Shown: piece by piece, positions 17,799 to 27,162 of the stretch | Numbering within the stretch: position 1 is the first letter of the stretch | Layout: every line of letters starts with the position of its first letter | Made by a program: the position numbers and the translations under genes | Assembly: GCA_050248855.1 (NCBI GenBank) | Contig: JBFWRP010000011.1 | Coordinates: forward strand, 77,259-141,258 | Reading direction: 5' to 3' | DNA length: 64,000 nucleotides | DNA from: Planctomycetota bacterium | GTDB lineage: Bacteria; Planctomycetota; PLA2; JAEUHO01 | The notes under the pieces: model-generated | What the model saw: only the letters and a program-made list of their open reading frames with translations | Databases searched by the model: none | Told to the model about the DNA's origin: nothing

Positions 17799-18512
17799 GT
17801 GCAGGAGTACCAACGCGTCTTTGCCGACTTCTTGTGGAACGCCGGCGCGCTACGCATCGGCGACTTCCAGCTGAAGAGCGGTCGTCGCTCGCCGCTGTTC
17901 CTGAACACCGGCCTCCTCGACACGGGCACGCGCCTCGCGCGACTTGGCGAGGCGTACGCGGCCACGCTGCTGGACCGGGTAGGCGCAGCGTCCTTCGATG
18001 TGGTGTTCGGCCCTGCGTACAAGGGCATCCCCTTGGCGGTCGCGACGACGATCGCGCTGGCCGCGAAGGGTGTGGACAAGGCGTGCCTGTCGGACCGCAA
18101 GGAGGCCAAGACCCACGGGGCCGAAGCCGCGGGCAGCCCCGCCGCAAGCCGACTGCTCGGTCGGCCCCCGGCGGCCGATGCCCGCTTCGTCCTCGTGGAC
18201 GACGTGTTGACGGACGGGGCGACCAAGGTCGAGGCCGTGCGGCTGCTCGGCCAGCTCGCACCCGAAGGCCGTGTCGTCTCGCTGCTCATCGTGTTGGACC
18301 GCCAGGAAGTGCGTGCGGACGGTCGCGATGCCGTCGCCTCCTTCCGCGAAGAATGCAGCGTGCCCGTGCACCCCGTGCTCGGCCTGACGGACTTGATCGA
18401 CCACCTCGCCAGGACGGGGCGCATGCCGGCCCCCGACCTCGCACGCTGCAAGGCCTACTGGGCCGAGTTCGGCACGAGCGCCGCGAAGGCCTGGGCCGCG
18501 CGCCGAGGCTGA
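17799..18512 (+). CDS. pyrE: Orotate phosphoribosyltransferase
   Basis: GDFQLKSGRRSPLFLN, FGPAYKGIPLA, DRKEAKTHG, PRPP-binding VLVDDVLTDG; GTG start after GGAGGAG. Confidence 0.95.
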   Translation: MQEYQRVFADFLWNAGALRIGDFQLKSGRRSPLFLNTGLLDTGTRLARLGEAYAATLLDRVGAASFDVVFGPAYKGIPLAVATTIALAAKGVDKACLSDRKEAKTHGAEAAGSPAASRLLGRPPAADARFVLVDDVLTDGATKVEAVRLLGQLAPEGRVVSLLIVLDRQEVRADGRDAVASFREECSVPVHPVLGLTDLIDHLARTGRMPAPDLARCKAYWAEFGTSAAKAWAARRG

Positions 18513-18683
18513 GCCGGACGCGGCCAGGGCGGGCCGACGTGCCGAGCCTCGAAGATTCCTCCGCGGCGTGGGCGGGAGGGACGGAAGGCCTGGGCCAAGG
18601 CCGCGCCACGAGCAGGCGTGCCTGCGCGCCGACCGGTTCTCCCGTACCCTCCTGCAGGGCCCGCACGCGACGGAACGAGCGAG

Positions 18684-20846
18684 ATGCGCATGTCTGCCAG
18701 GCTCTGGTCCCGCTCCCTGACGTTTCGCCTTTGCGTCGTGACCGTCGTGGTGGGGTTCTGCGTACCTGCACCAACCGACGCGTGGGCCCACGGCGGCAGC
18801 ATCGTGGTGCCGCCCCCGCCGCCGGCGCCCTCCGAGCCGCCGATCCCGCGACCGCCGCCGCCGCCGATCACCCCTCCGGGGGGCCCCATCTCGCCGCCGC
18901 CCACACCTCCGCCCACCTCGCCGGGTTCCCGCGGCGGCCCGATCACGCCCCCGAGCAAGCCGCCTCCCGTCACGCCCGACCGCACGAAGCCTGGCACGCC
19001 GCCGACCACGCCGCCGGGTACACCTCCCCCGGCTCCGGGCGGGGCCTCCGGACCGACGACGGGTGGCCCCGCGCGCCCCGGCACGGGGACAGCGACGCCC
19101 CCCACGGCGGGGCCCGGCTCGCGCAACCCGCGCGGCGGCAGCGCGGCCTCCACGCAGATGCCCGCCTGGTCGCTCTGGTGGGCGTTCAACCGCCTGGCGT
19201 GGCTGCCCGGCCGCCATGAGCTCGAGCTCCGCCGCGCCGGCAACGTGACACCGCGGGAGGGTGCGCCCGACGGGTGCGCGCAGCGCGACGAAGTCGCCCG
19301 CCGCACCGTCGTGCCGTGGCTGCTGCGCACCCTCGCGACACCCCGCACGGAGCCCGAGGTCACCGCGGCGAGCCTGCTGGCCCTGGCCAAGCTGTCCAAC
19401 GACACCCTCGCCCTGGCCACGATCGACCGCTACCTGCGGGTGGCCCCGGACGACGCCGTCGTGGCCGAGTCCGCCGCGTTGGCCGCCGGACTCCTGCGTC
19501 GCAGCGACCCCCAGCGCCAAGCATCGGCCGACGCGCTGGACGCCATCCGGGATCGTCTCCTCGAGATCGTCGACACGGACCACCGCCGCTGGCGGACGCG
19601 GGCGTTCGCCGCCCTGGCGCTCGGCCTCCTCGGCGACCAGCCGGGCGGCGGTCCGCCCGGGTACGAGGGCGCTCGCACGGCGCGCGCCCTGTGGGCGCGG
19701 CTGGAGACCCGACCCACGCACCCCGAGCTGGACGCGGCGCTGATCATGGCGCTCGGCATGCAACCTGCGGCCGGCGTGCCCGTGCGCGCCAGCGAGGGGT
19801 TGAAGGACGCCGTGCTTGGCCGCCGCGTCGGCGGCCGACGCTGGGCGGATCGCGAGCGCGCGCACGCGGTCGCCGCGGTCGCCGCCCTGCGCGCGCCCGG
19901 CTGGGCCACGTGGACGCTCCGTGTGGCCATCGCGCCGCGCGTGCCCCAGACCGTCCGCGAAGCCGCCGTGTTGGCCTTGGGCGGCGGTGCGGACGACGTC
20001 GATGCGACCGGGCGCGAAGAGGTCGCGAGGAGCTTCTCGCGCGTGCTCGATCGCGCCAAGGAGCCCGCGGCACGCGGCCTGATCTGGGTGACCGCGGGTC
20101 GCTTGGTCCGCGCAGGCCTCGCCGCACGGGACGAGCTCCTCGATCGACACCCCCACGTGGGGCGCGCCCTGCGCTCCGCAGCCGTGAACACCCAGGCCGA
20201 CGAGCGCGCCTTCGCGGCCGTGGGGCTGGCCCTCGCACACGCCGGTAGCCCCGCGCAGAAGGAAACGGGCGCCCTGCTACGCGACCGTTTCGGGCGCGAT
20301 CCGGGTGGACCGGGGACGCGCGCGGCCCACGCGCTCGCGCTCCTGCTCCTCGGGGATCCCGACGCAGCACCCGTGCTGCTGGAGCACCTCCAGGACCAGG
20401 GGGCCGAGTCGGGCCTGCGCGCCATGTGCGCGCTCGCGCTGGGCGTGCTCGGACAAGCCGACGACGACACGCGCCGTGCGCTGGCGACCGCCGTGTTCGA
20501 TCGCTCCTACCCCGACGTTGCGGGTGAGTCGGCCCTGGCCCTGTCCATGCTGCCCCGCGGCAGCGAAGCCCCCCTCCTCGCCGGTCAGCTCGACGACCGC
20601 GCGAGCGAGCACACGCGAGCCCGCGTCGCCGTGGCGTTGGGGCGGCTCGGCGACTTGCGCGCCGTCGAGGACCTGCTGGCGGTTGCGAGCGGAGAGGCGC
20701 ACGGCGACGAGACCCGCGCCCTGGCCGTCGCGGCCCTCGGGTTGCTCGTGGACCCGGAACCCGTGCCGAGCCTCGTCCGCTTGGCGCGGGACGCGCCGTA
20801 CCCGGCGCGTACCGACGCCCTGCACGCGGCGCTCGACATCCTGTGA
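18684..20846 (+). CDS. Secreted HEAT-repeat protein with a Pro-rich N-terminal region
   Basis: Signal peptide ending AWA-HGG, a Pro/Thr/Gly-rich tract of about 120 aa, WSLWWAFNR, then repeated AALALGLLG-type helical hairpins. Confidence 0.8.
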   Translation: MRMSARLWSRSLTFRLCVVTVVVGFCVPAPTDAWAHGGSIVVPPPPPAPSEPPIPRPPPPPITPPGGPISPPPTPPPTSPGSRGGPITPPSKPPPVTPDRTKPGTPPTTPPGTPPPAPGGASGPTTGGPARPGTGTATPPTAGPGSRNPRGGSAASTQMPAWSLWWAFNRLAWLPGRHELELRRAGNVTPREGAPDGCAQRDEVARRTVVPWLLRTLATPRTEPEVTAASLLALAKLSNDTLALATIDRYLRVAPDDAVVAESAALAAGLLRRSDPQRQASADALDAIRDRLLEIVDTDHRRWRTRAFAALALGLLGDQPGGGPPGYEGARTARALWARLETRPTHPELDAALIMALGMQPAAGVPVRASEGLKDAVLGRRVGGRRWADRERAHAVAAVAALRAPGWATWTLRVAIAPRVPQTVREAAVLALGGGADDVDATGREEVARSFSRVLDRAKEPAARGLIWVTAGRLVRAGLAARDELLDRHPHVGRALRSAAVNTQADERAFAAVGLALAHAGSPAQKETGALLRDRFGRDPGGPGTRAAHALALLLLGDPDAAPVLLEHLQDQGAESGLRAMCALALGVLGQADDDTRRALATAVFDRSYPDVAGESALALSMLPRGSEAPLLAGQLDDRASEHTRARVAVALGRLGDLRAVEDLLAVASGEAHGDETRALAVAALGLLVDPEPVPSLVRLARDAPYPARTDALHAALDIL

Positions 20847-22087
20847 ACCGCTGGCCCGGGGCGCGCGTAGCGCCCGCGGCGGCGCGGCGCCCGTGGACCG
20901 TGCGCGCGGCGCACTGGACCGCCTTCCTTGACCGCCCCGCACGCAGCCCCTACCTTCCGCTCGTGGCGCCGCGCCTCCTCCTCGTTGTCGTCGCCGCATG
21001 GGTCGTGGCCGCCCCTATCGCCGTGGCCGATCCAGGTGGGGCGACGCCCGCTCCTGCCGATGACCTTGCCGTGGCCCGGCGCATCGAGGCCGAGCTCGTC
21101 CGTTTGCTCGAGCACGTGGACGCAAGCACGGTCAGCCTGCTTGGATGCAAGTCGCAAGCCGGCGGCACGGCCACCGTGCTCGGTGCCGGCAGTGGCGTCC
21201 TCGTCAGCTACCGCGGTACATGGCTCGTCACGAACGGTCACGTGGTCAATGGCTGCTCGCGGATCGAGGCCATCCTGCCCGGCGGCGCGCGCGAGCGCGT
21301 TCGCGTCGTCGCCACGGACAAGACGGCCGACCTGGCCATCCTGGCCTTCGACGAGCGTCCTGCTTCGCTCGTGCCCGTGCCGATTGCCGAGGGGCACGAG
21401 CCCCTGGCGGAAGGCACGTGGGTCGTCGCGACGGGGAATCCGTTCCTCCTGGCCGAAGACGGCGCTTCGGCGGCTTCGCTCGGGGTGTTCAGCGGCCAGC
21501 GCGGGGCGGCATGCGAAGCGCGGCTCGGCGGCTGCAGCCTGCAGCACGACGCCGAGATCAACCCGGGCAGCTCGGGCGGGCCGCTCTGGAGCGTCGAGGG
21601 TCGCCTGCTCGGCGTGAACGGTGCCATCGTCACCCGATCGCGGTTGGAGGGCACGGGCCCGGCCTACAGCGGCGCCAGCTTCAGCGTCCCCACGCCCCGC
21701 GTGGCAGCCTTCATCGACCAGGTGCTCGGTCCCACGAGCCGGGCGAGCGTCACAGGGCCGACGACCACGAGGACGGCGGCCACCACGAGGCGGCAAGGCG
21801 CCGCAGCGCGCCTGGGCGCCCGTCTGGTGGCCGTGCAGGACGGACGAGGGAGCGGACTGGGCGTGCGCATCCGGGACATCCTGTCGTCGTCTCCGCTCCG
21901 GCGCGGCCGGGCGCTCGTGGACGGCGACCGGATCATCGAGGTCCGCATCGCCGGCTCGCGGCGGGCGGTGCGGACCCTGGCCGACCTGGACCAGGCCTTG
22001 GCGCAGGCGCCCGCAGGCGCCGAAGTCACCCTGCTCGCCGACCGGGGCGGCGTACGGGTGGCTTGGCAAGGAACGCCGGACGCGTGA
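20843..22087 (+). CDS. HtrA/DegP-like S1C serine protease with a PDZ-like C-terminus
   Basis: Triad motifs VTNGHVV, TADLAIL, HDAEINPGSSGGPL. GTG 20843 overlaps the upstream TGA; an alternative start at GTG 20963 gives a cleaner signal peptide. Confidence 0.9.
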   Translation: MNRWPGARVAPAAARRPWTVRAAHWTAFLDRPARSPYLPLVAPRLLLVVVAAWVVAAPIAVADPGGATPAPADDLAVARRIEAELVRLLEHVDASTVSLLGCKSQAGGTATVLGAGSGVLVSYRGTWLVTNGHVVNGCSRIEAILPGGARERVRVVATDKTADLAILAFDERPASLVPVPIAEGHEPLAEGTWVVATGNPFLLAEDGASAASLGVFSGQRGAACEARLGGCSLQHDAEINPGSSGGPLWSVEGRLLGVNGAIVTRSRLEGTGPAYSGASFSVPTPRVAAFIDQVLGPTSRASVTGPTTTRTAATTRRQGAAARLGARLVAVQDGRGSGLGVRIRDILSSSPLRRGRALVDGDRIIEVRIAGSRRAVRTLADLDQALAQAPAGAEVTLLADRGGVRVAWQGTPDA

Positions 22088-23940
22088 GCGCAGCCACGCG
22101 GACTTCGCTCGGCGACCGCGGCCCCCGTGCCGCGTGGGTGCGACGGGGGCTGATCACGCTCCTCCTGCTGTTCCCACGTCCTGCCTCGGCAGGCGAGGAC
22201 CTGACGCGCGTCCAGGAAGTGTTCCGCGACGCGATCCGCCGCGCGACGCCCGCCACGGTGGTGTGCCGCCCGCGCGGCGTGGCCTCCGCCCGCGCGGGCT
22301 TCAGCTCGGGCGTCCTCGTGCACCCGCGTGGACTCGTGCTCTCCGACGGGGACGCGGGGCTCGTCTGGGTGACGGTCGCAGGGCGCGTGACGAAGTCGTG
22401 GAGCGACGACGTGGTCGTTCGCCTCGTGGGGCAGCCGGGAGCCGCCTCACGCAGGGGCCGTGTCGTGGCGCGCAACCGCGACATCGACGCATCGCTCATC
22501 GAGCTCGTGGACGCCGGCGACACGCCGCTGCCGTATGTACCGATCGGCACCGGCGCCGAGGCTCGCGTGGGCGACTTCGCCCTGGCGCTCGGCACCACGT
22601 TCGACGACGAGGGCGTCACGCCGCCCACGCTCACGGCGGGCCTTATCTCCGCGCTGGCCGAGAACGCGGCGGGAGACGCGAGCGGCCCCTGGCGCACGAT
22701 CTACACGAGCGCCGCCATCAACCAGGGCGTCAACGGCGGCCCCCTCATCAGCTTGACCGGGCGCCTCGTCGGCACCGTCAGCACGTACCTGGACCCGGAG
22801 CCGGACGAGCCGCACCCGTACCTCGGCAAGGTGGTCCCCATCGACGTCGTCCGGGCCGCTTTCGCCGAGCTCGCGCCGATGGACGAAGTCGTGGCGGTCG
22901 CCGCCGTGGCTCCGGCGATCGACAAGGGCCCCGCGGGAGCCCTCGAGTCCACCGTGCGTGCCGCGGCCCACGCGGCGTGGCCCTCCGTCGTGAGCCTGGA
23001 GGTCAAGCGCCGCGCCCCGGTACGCGGGGAGACGCTGTTGGAGGAGTCGGTCGTGACCCTCCCGCGCTGGGGCGGACCCGTGACGGCCGTCGTGGCCGAC
23101 GCGGACGGGCACGTGGTCACGAGCCTGCACAACCTCACGAACCTCGCGGACCGCGCGCGTCCGACCTGGCGGCCGCCCGAGGGCGCCGACCACATGAGCG
23201 GGCTGGCCGACATCGAGGGAGCCACGGTGTGGCTTGCGGAGGGCGTCTCGCTCCCGGCTCGCTTCGTCGGCCACGACCTCAAACGCGGCGTGGGTCTGTT
23301 CGTCGTCGAGCACGGCGCCGACCAGCTGCCGCCGCCGCTCGCTGCGGCGTCGGGCGAGGCGCTCACGCGTGGCCGCTTCGTGCTCGCGCTCGGCAACCCC
23401 TACGGTGCAGAGCGCCCCCGGGCCCCGCTGCTCACGATGGGTGTGCTGGGCAAGCGCCATGACGACCGCGCGCCGGCGGCGTGGCGTGGTCAGTGGCAGA
23501 CCGACGCCGCGGTGCTCGACACGAGCGCCGGCGGCCCGGCCGTGGACCTCGAGGGCAAGGTGCTGGGCCTGCTGCACCTCTGGCACCCCGCCCGCCACGG
23601 CCGCGGCAGCGGGATCGCCTTCATCGTGCCCTGGTCCGACGTCCGCGAGGCCGTGGCAGGCATCGCGGCCGGCACGGCGCCCCAGCCCGGCGTGTTCGGC
23701 GTCTGGTTCGCGAACGCGCCCACCGCGCTGGTCTCCCGCACGCTGGAGGGGGGCCCAGCCGCTGCCGCCGGCGTCCGCGTGGGCGACCGCGTGATGGCGC
23801 TGGACGGACAGGACGTGACCTCGCCCGGGGAGGCCCGCGCGGTGCTCCTGCAGCGCTTCGCCGGCGAAACCGTGACCGCCACGATCCGCCGCGGCGAGCA
23901 GGTCCTGACCATCGACGTGGTCCTCGCGGCCCGGGAGTAG
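22084..23940 (+). CDS. Protein with two trypsin-like domains (both lacking the catalytic Ser) and a PDZ domain
   Basis: GTG 22084 overlaps the upstream TGA; TSAAINQGVNGGPL and TDAAVLDTSAGGPA; C-terminal GPAAAAGVRVGDRVMALDG PDZ motif. Confidence 0.85.
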   Translation: MSAATRTSLGDRGPRAAWVRRGLITLLLLFPRPASAGEDLTRVQEVFRDAIRRATPATVVCRPRGVASARAGFSSGVLVHPRGLVLSDGDAGLVWVTVAGRVTKSWSDDVVVRLVGQPGAASRRGRVVARNRDIDASLIELVDAGDTPLPYVPIGTGAEARVGDFALALGTTFDDEGVTPPTLTAGLISALAENAAGDASGPWRTIYTSAAINQGVNGGPLISLTGRLVGTVSTYLDPEPDEPHPYLGKVVPIDVVRAAFAELAPMDEVVAVAAVAPAIDKGPAGALESTVRAAAHAAWPSVVSLEVKRRAPVRGETLLEESVVTLPRWGGPVTAVVADADGHVVTSLHNLTNLADRARPTWRPPEGADHMSGLADIEGATVWLAEGVSLPARFVGHDLKRGVGLFVVEHGADQLPPPLAAASGEALTRGRFVLALGNPYGAERPRAPLLTMGVLGKRHDDRAPAAWRGQWQTDAAVLDTSAGGPAVDLEGKVLGLLHLWHPARHGRGSGIAFIVPWSDVREAVAGIAAGTAPQPGVFGVWFANAPTALVSRTLEGGPAAAAGVRVGDRVMALDGQDVTSPGEARAVLLQRFAGETVTATIRRGEQVLTIDVVLAARE

Positions 23941-24046
23941 GGCTCCCGCACCCCGAAACCCCCTCAAGTCCGGCCCCCGGGCCGGCCGATGGGAGTCCGC
24001 CGGGGGGCAACGCGACGAGGGCGACCTCGCCGCCGGGAGACGCGAC

Positions 24047-24553
24047 ATGCGCGCAGGGATCGGGATCATGCCCCTCGTATGGGGCACTTTTGTCGTGGCG
24101 GGCTGCCTGTCGGCAGCGCCGGCGCTCGGGGACGAGGGCCGCACGTCGTCTCCGTCCCGCCGGATGGTCCGCGTGTCGACCAGTCCGGAAGGCGCTGCTC
24201 CGCGCACGGTGCGCCGCGTGTCCACGTCGAGTGCGAATCGGCCGGTTCCGGTCAGCTCGAGCAGCGGCACGTGGGTCCAGACGCGCTGGGTGTCGGCCGC
24301 TTCGCCCCGCACGACGCGCGTCGTGTGGGTGCGCGTCCCCGCGGACGTCGACCACCCCGCTCCCCCGCCGGCGGCAGGCGTCACCCGCACGCCTGCTCCG
24401 CGGCGCGTGGAGGTCGCTTCGGCGGCCCCGTCGGCGCCTGCTCCCCTCTCACGTGCCGCGGCACCGGCCCGACAGCCCGTGGCCGTCCCCGTGGCGCCCC
24501 GCTCGCGGACGCGCTACGTGCCCATCGGCGGCGGCCCCGCCTGCGGCACCTGA
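24047..24553 (+). CDS. Hypothetical secreted low-complexity protein
   Basis: GGAGA RBS, signal peptide-like N-terminus (VVAGCLSAAPALG), S/T/R/P/V-rich body. Confidence 0.45.
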   Translation: MRAGIGIMPLVWGTFVVAGCLSAAPALGDEGRTSSPSRRMVRVSTSPEGAAPRTVRRVSTSSANRPVPVSSSSGTWVQTRWVSAASPRTTRVVWVRVPADVDHPAPPPAAGVTRTPAPRRVEVASAAPSAPAPLSRAAAPARQPVAVPVAPRSRTRYVPIGGGPACGT

Positions 24554-24752
24554 CGCTAGGCCCTCGGGCTCCGTCGGAGCCCCTCGCTTCACGCGTATCA
24601 CCTGACCGGAGCGCCACCGTGGCCATGGGCTCCGTCACCCGTCGTGCCCCGTGCAGGCGCCCCCCTCGAGGCAGGGCCCCGCGCGGGGCGCTCCTGCATT
24701 CGGCTACACTCGGCCGTCGTCTTCGGGGGGAATGCCCGTGGGTGCCACCGAG

Positions 24753-25358
24753 ATGCGTCGCGTCACCTTTTGGCTGCTCCCGGAGGCCGCGCTCGCCACC
24801 GAGCTCGCCGGCGTCATGGAGGCCGTGCGCCACAGCGGGGTCGGCGCCTTCCGCGAGGCGCTGCACCCTTCCTTCGCGCCGCACGTCACGCTGGGCTCTG
24901 CGGCCCTGCCCGACGACCTCGACGTGGCACACCTGCTCGTGGAGGTCGGGCGTCGCCATGGGCCGCAGCGGCTCGCGGTGGCCGGCACGCTCTCGGCCCC
25001 GGATCCCGAGGACGAGGACTGGACGCTCTGGCGCAGCCTCGCGCTGGATCTCGTGCCGTCCGCCTCCCTGCTCGCGCTGACCGCAGGCCTGGCGCACCGC
25101 CTCGATGCGGACTTGGTGACGCCGGAGATCCCGCACATCAGCCTGCACTACTCGCGGCTGGGCCGTACCGCCAAGCTGCGACTCCTGGAGCAGCTGGGGC
25201 CGCCCGACCTCGTGCACCGCTGGCCGTCGATGGGCTTCGATCGCGTCGCCGTCGTCGAAGAGCGCACGGCGCGCGACGACGAGCTGGAACGCCTTGCCGG
25301 CTGGATCCCCAAGCACGTCACGCCGCTGCTCGGGACTCCCACGCACATCCCGGCCTGA
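24753..25358 (+). CDS. 2H phosphoesterase (cyclic phosphodiesterase / 2'-5' RNA ligase superfamily)
   Basis: Two HxT/S motifs, FAPHVTL and IPHISLHY, with an N-terminal FWLLP. Confidence 0.8.
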   Translation: MRRVTFWLLPEAALATELAGVMEAVRHSGVGAFREALHPSFAPHVTLGSAALPDDLDVAHLLVEVGRRHGPQRLAVAGTLSAPDPEDEDWTLWRSLALDLVPSASLLALTAGLAHRLDADLVTPEIPHISLHYSRLGRTAKLRLLEQLGPPDLVHRWPSMGFDRVAVVEERTARDDELERLAGWIPKHVTPLLGTPTHIPA

Positions 25359-25469
25359 CTGCCTGGGCGGCGCTCACGGGCTCGAGCGTGGGCTTGCCTG
25401 GGCGGTCCGCGCCACGGGGCACTCCTGGGCCGGGCCTGCCCTTTCGCCCGCCTTCGACCAGCGGGTGCG

Positions 25470-27062
25470 TCAGCGACCCACGAGCCGACGGAACCGCTCG
25501 GGATCGGCCTCGTTCCACTCGCGGGCCCACGGCGTGGTCTCGGGGGCTTCCAGGAGCTGGCCGCTGTGCAGCCAGTCGTAGAGCTCGCCGTAGTGCTTCG
25601 TGACGACGCCGTCGACGCGCCGGCGCACATGGTGGGGTCGGATCTCCTCGGGGCGCTGGAGGCCGGCGGCACCCAGCAGCTCGAGGAACGCATGCACGGT
25701 CTCGTGCTGGTAGGACGCGACGCGCGCCGCCTTGTCCTCCACGTCGAGCCCGTGCACGAGGGCCGCCTTCTGCGTGGCCACGCCCACTGGACACTCGTTG
25801 CTGTTGCAGCGGCGGGCCTGGATGCAACCGAGCGCGAACATCATTCCACGTGCGGACGCGACGACGTCGGCGCCGAGCGCACGCAGGCGGAACAGGTGGA
25901 AGCCCGTGATCGACTTGCCGCTGGCGACGACGCGGATCCGCTCGTCGAGCCCCAGTCCCACGAGCAGGTTGCGCACCGCGATGAGGCCCTCGCGCAGCGG
26001 CGTCCCCACGCGGTTGCTGAACTCCAGCGGTGCCGCGCCCGTCCCGCCCTCGCCGCCATCGACGGCGATGTAGTCCGGGCCGTCTCCATGCCGCACGATG
26101 GCCTTGCCGAGCGCGAGAAGCTCCACGGGATCGCCCACGCACAGCTTGATGCCCACGGGCTTCCCGTCGCACGCATCGCGCAGGTCGTCCAGCCACTGCA
26201 CCAGCTGCAGGGGTGTCCGGAACGCCGTGTGCGCGGGCGGCGAGAGCACGTCTTGGCCCATCGGCACGCCACGGATCGCGGCGATCTCGGGCGTCAGCTT
26301 GGCCGCCGGCAGGATGCCGCCATGCCCGGGCTTGGCCCCCTGGCTGAGCTTGACCTCGATCATCTTGACGTGCGGATGACTCGCCCGCTCGCGGAAGGCG
26401 CCGATGTCGAAGCCGCCCCGCGCGTTGCGACAGCCGAAGTAGCCCGTCCCGATCTGCCAGATGACATCCCCGCCGGGCTCGAGGTGGTAGCGGCTCAGGC
26501 CGCCCTCGCCCGTGTTGTGCGCGAAGCCGCCGCGCCGCGCGCCCTCGTTCAGCGCCAGGATCGCGTTGCGCGAGAGCGACCCGTAGCTCATGGCGCTCAC
26601 GTGGAGCAGGGCGCCGTCGTAGGGTCGCTTGCGCCGACCTCCGAAGCGCACGCGCGGCGCCTCGACCGGCGGCGGCAACGCGTCCATCGAGTGGTCGATC
26701 CACTCGTAGCCCGGTGCGTACACATCGCGCTGCGTGCCGAACGGCAGCGTGTCCAGGACGCGCTTGCTGCGCTGGTAGACGATCGAGCGCTGCTCGCGGT
26801 TGATGGGTGTCCCGTCGGTGTTGGACTCGACGAAGTACTGCTGGATCTCCGGGCGGATCATCTCGAACAGGTAGCGGAACCGACCGATCAGGGGCCAGTT
26901 GCGTCGTACGGCTTGACGGCGCTGCAAGGCGTCTTGCAGCCCGAGCGCGATGAGGGGACCGACGACCCACAGTGCGTGGAGGGCCCCGCGCCAGCGGACG
27001 GCCAAGCCCCCGATGACGAGCAGGGCCACGACGCTTCCGAGGTAGAACCAACGGCGGAACAT
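25470..27062 (-). CDS. Membrane-anchored FMN-binding glutamate synthase family protein
   Basis: SAMSYGSLS, NTGEGG, WQIGTGYFG, IEVKLSQGAKPGHGGILP, DGGEGGTGAAP, Fe-S motif GCIQARRCNSNECPVGVATQ; N-terminal TM segments. Confidence 0.95.
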   Translation of the reverse strand: MFRRWFYLGSVVALLVIGGLAVRWRGALHALWVVGPLIALGLQDALQRRQAVRRNWPLIGRFRYLFEMIRPEIQQYFVESNTDGTPINREQRSIVYQRSKRVLDTLPFGTQRDVYAPGYEWIDHSMDALPPPVEAPRVRFGGRRKRPYDGALLHVSAMSYGSLSRNAILALNEGARRGGFAHNTGEGGLSRYHLEPGGDVIWQIGTGYFGCRNARGGFDIGAFRERASHPHVKMIEVKLSQGAKPGHGGILPAAKLTPEIAAIRGVPMGQDVLSPPAHTAFRTPLQLVQWLDDLRDACDGKPVGIKLCVGDPVELLALGKAIVRHGDGPDYIAVDGGEGGTGAAPLEFSNRVGTPLREGLIAVRNLLVGLGLDERIRVVASGKSITGFHLFRLRALGADVVASARGMMFALGCIQARRCNSNECPVGVATQKAALVHGLDVEDKAARVASYQHETVHAFLELLGAAGLQRPEEIRPHHVRRRVDGVVTKHYGELYDWLHSGQLLEAPETTPWAREWNEADPERFRRLVGR

Positions 27063-27162
27063 GTCTCCGAGCGTACCCGCGCGCCGCCGGGACCGTTCAC
27101 GGTGCGAGGGGAAGCGGCCGGGTGGCGTCGCGCGCCGCGCGCGTAGAATCCCGTGACCTTCG

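Noticed and set aside
18800..19140. Repeat-like C-rich DNA
   Set aside because: Explained by the Pro-rich coding linker of the HEAT protein.
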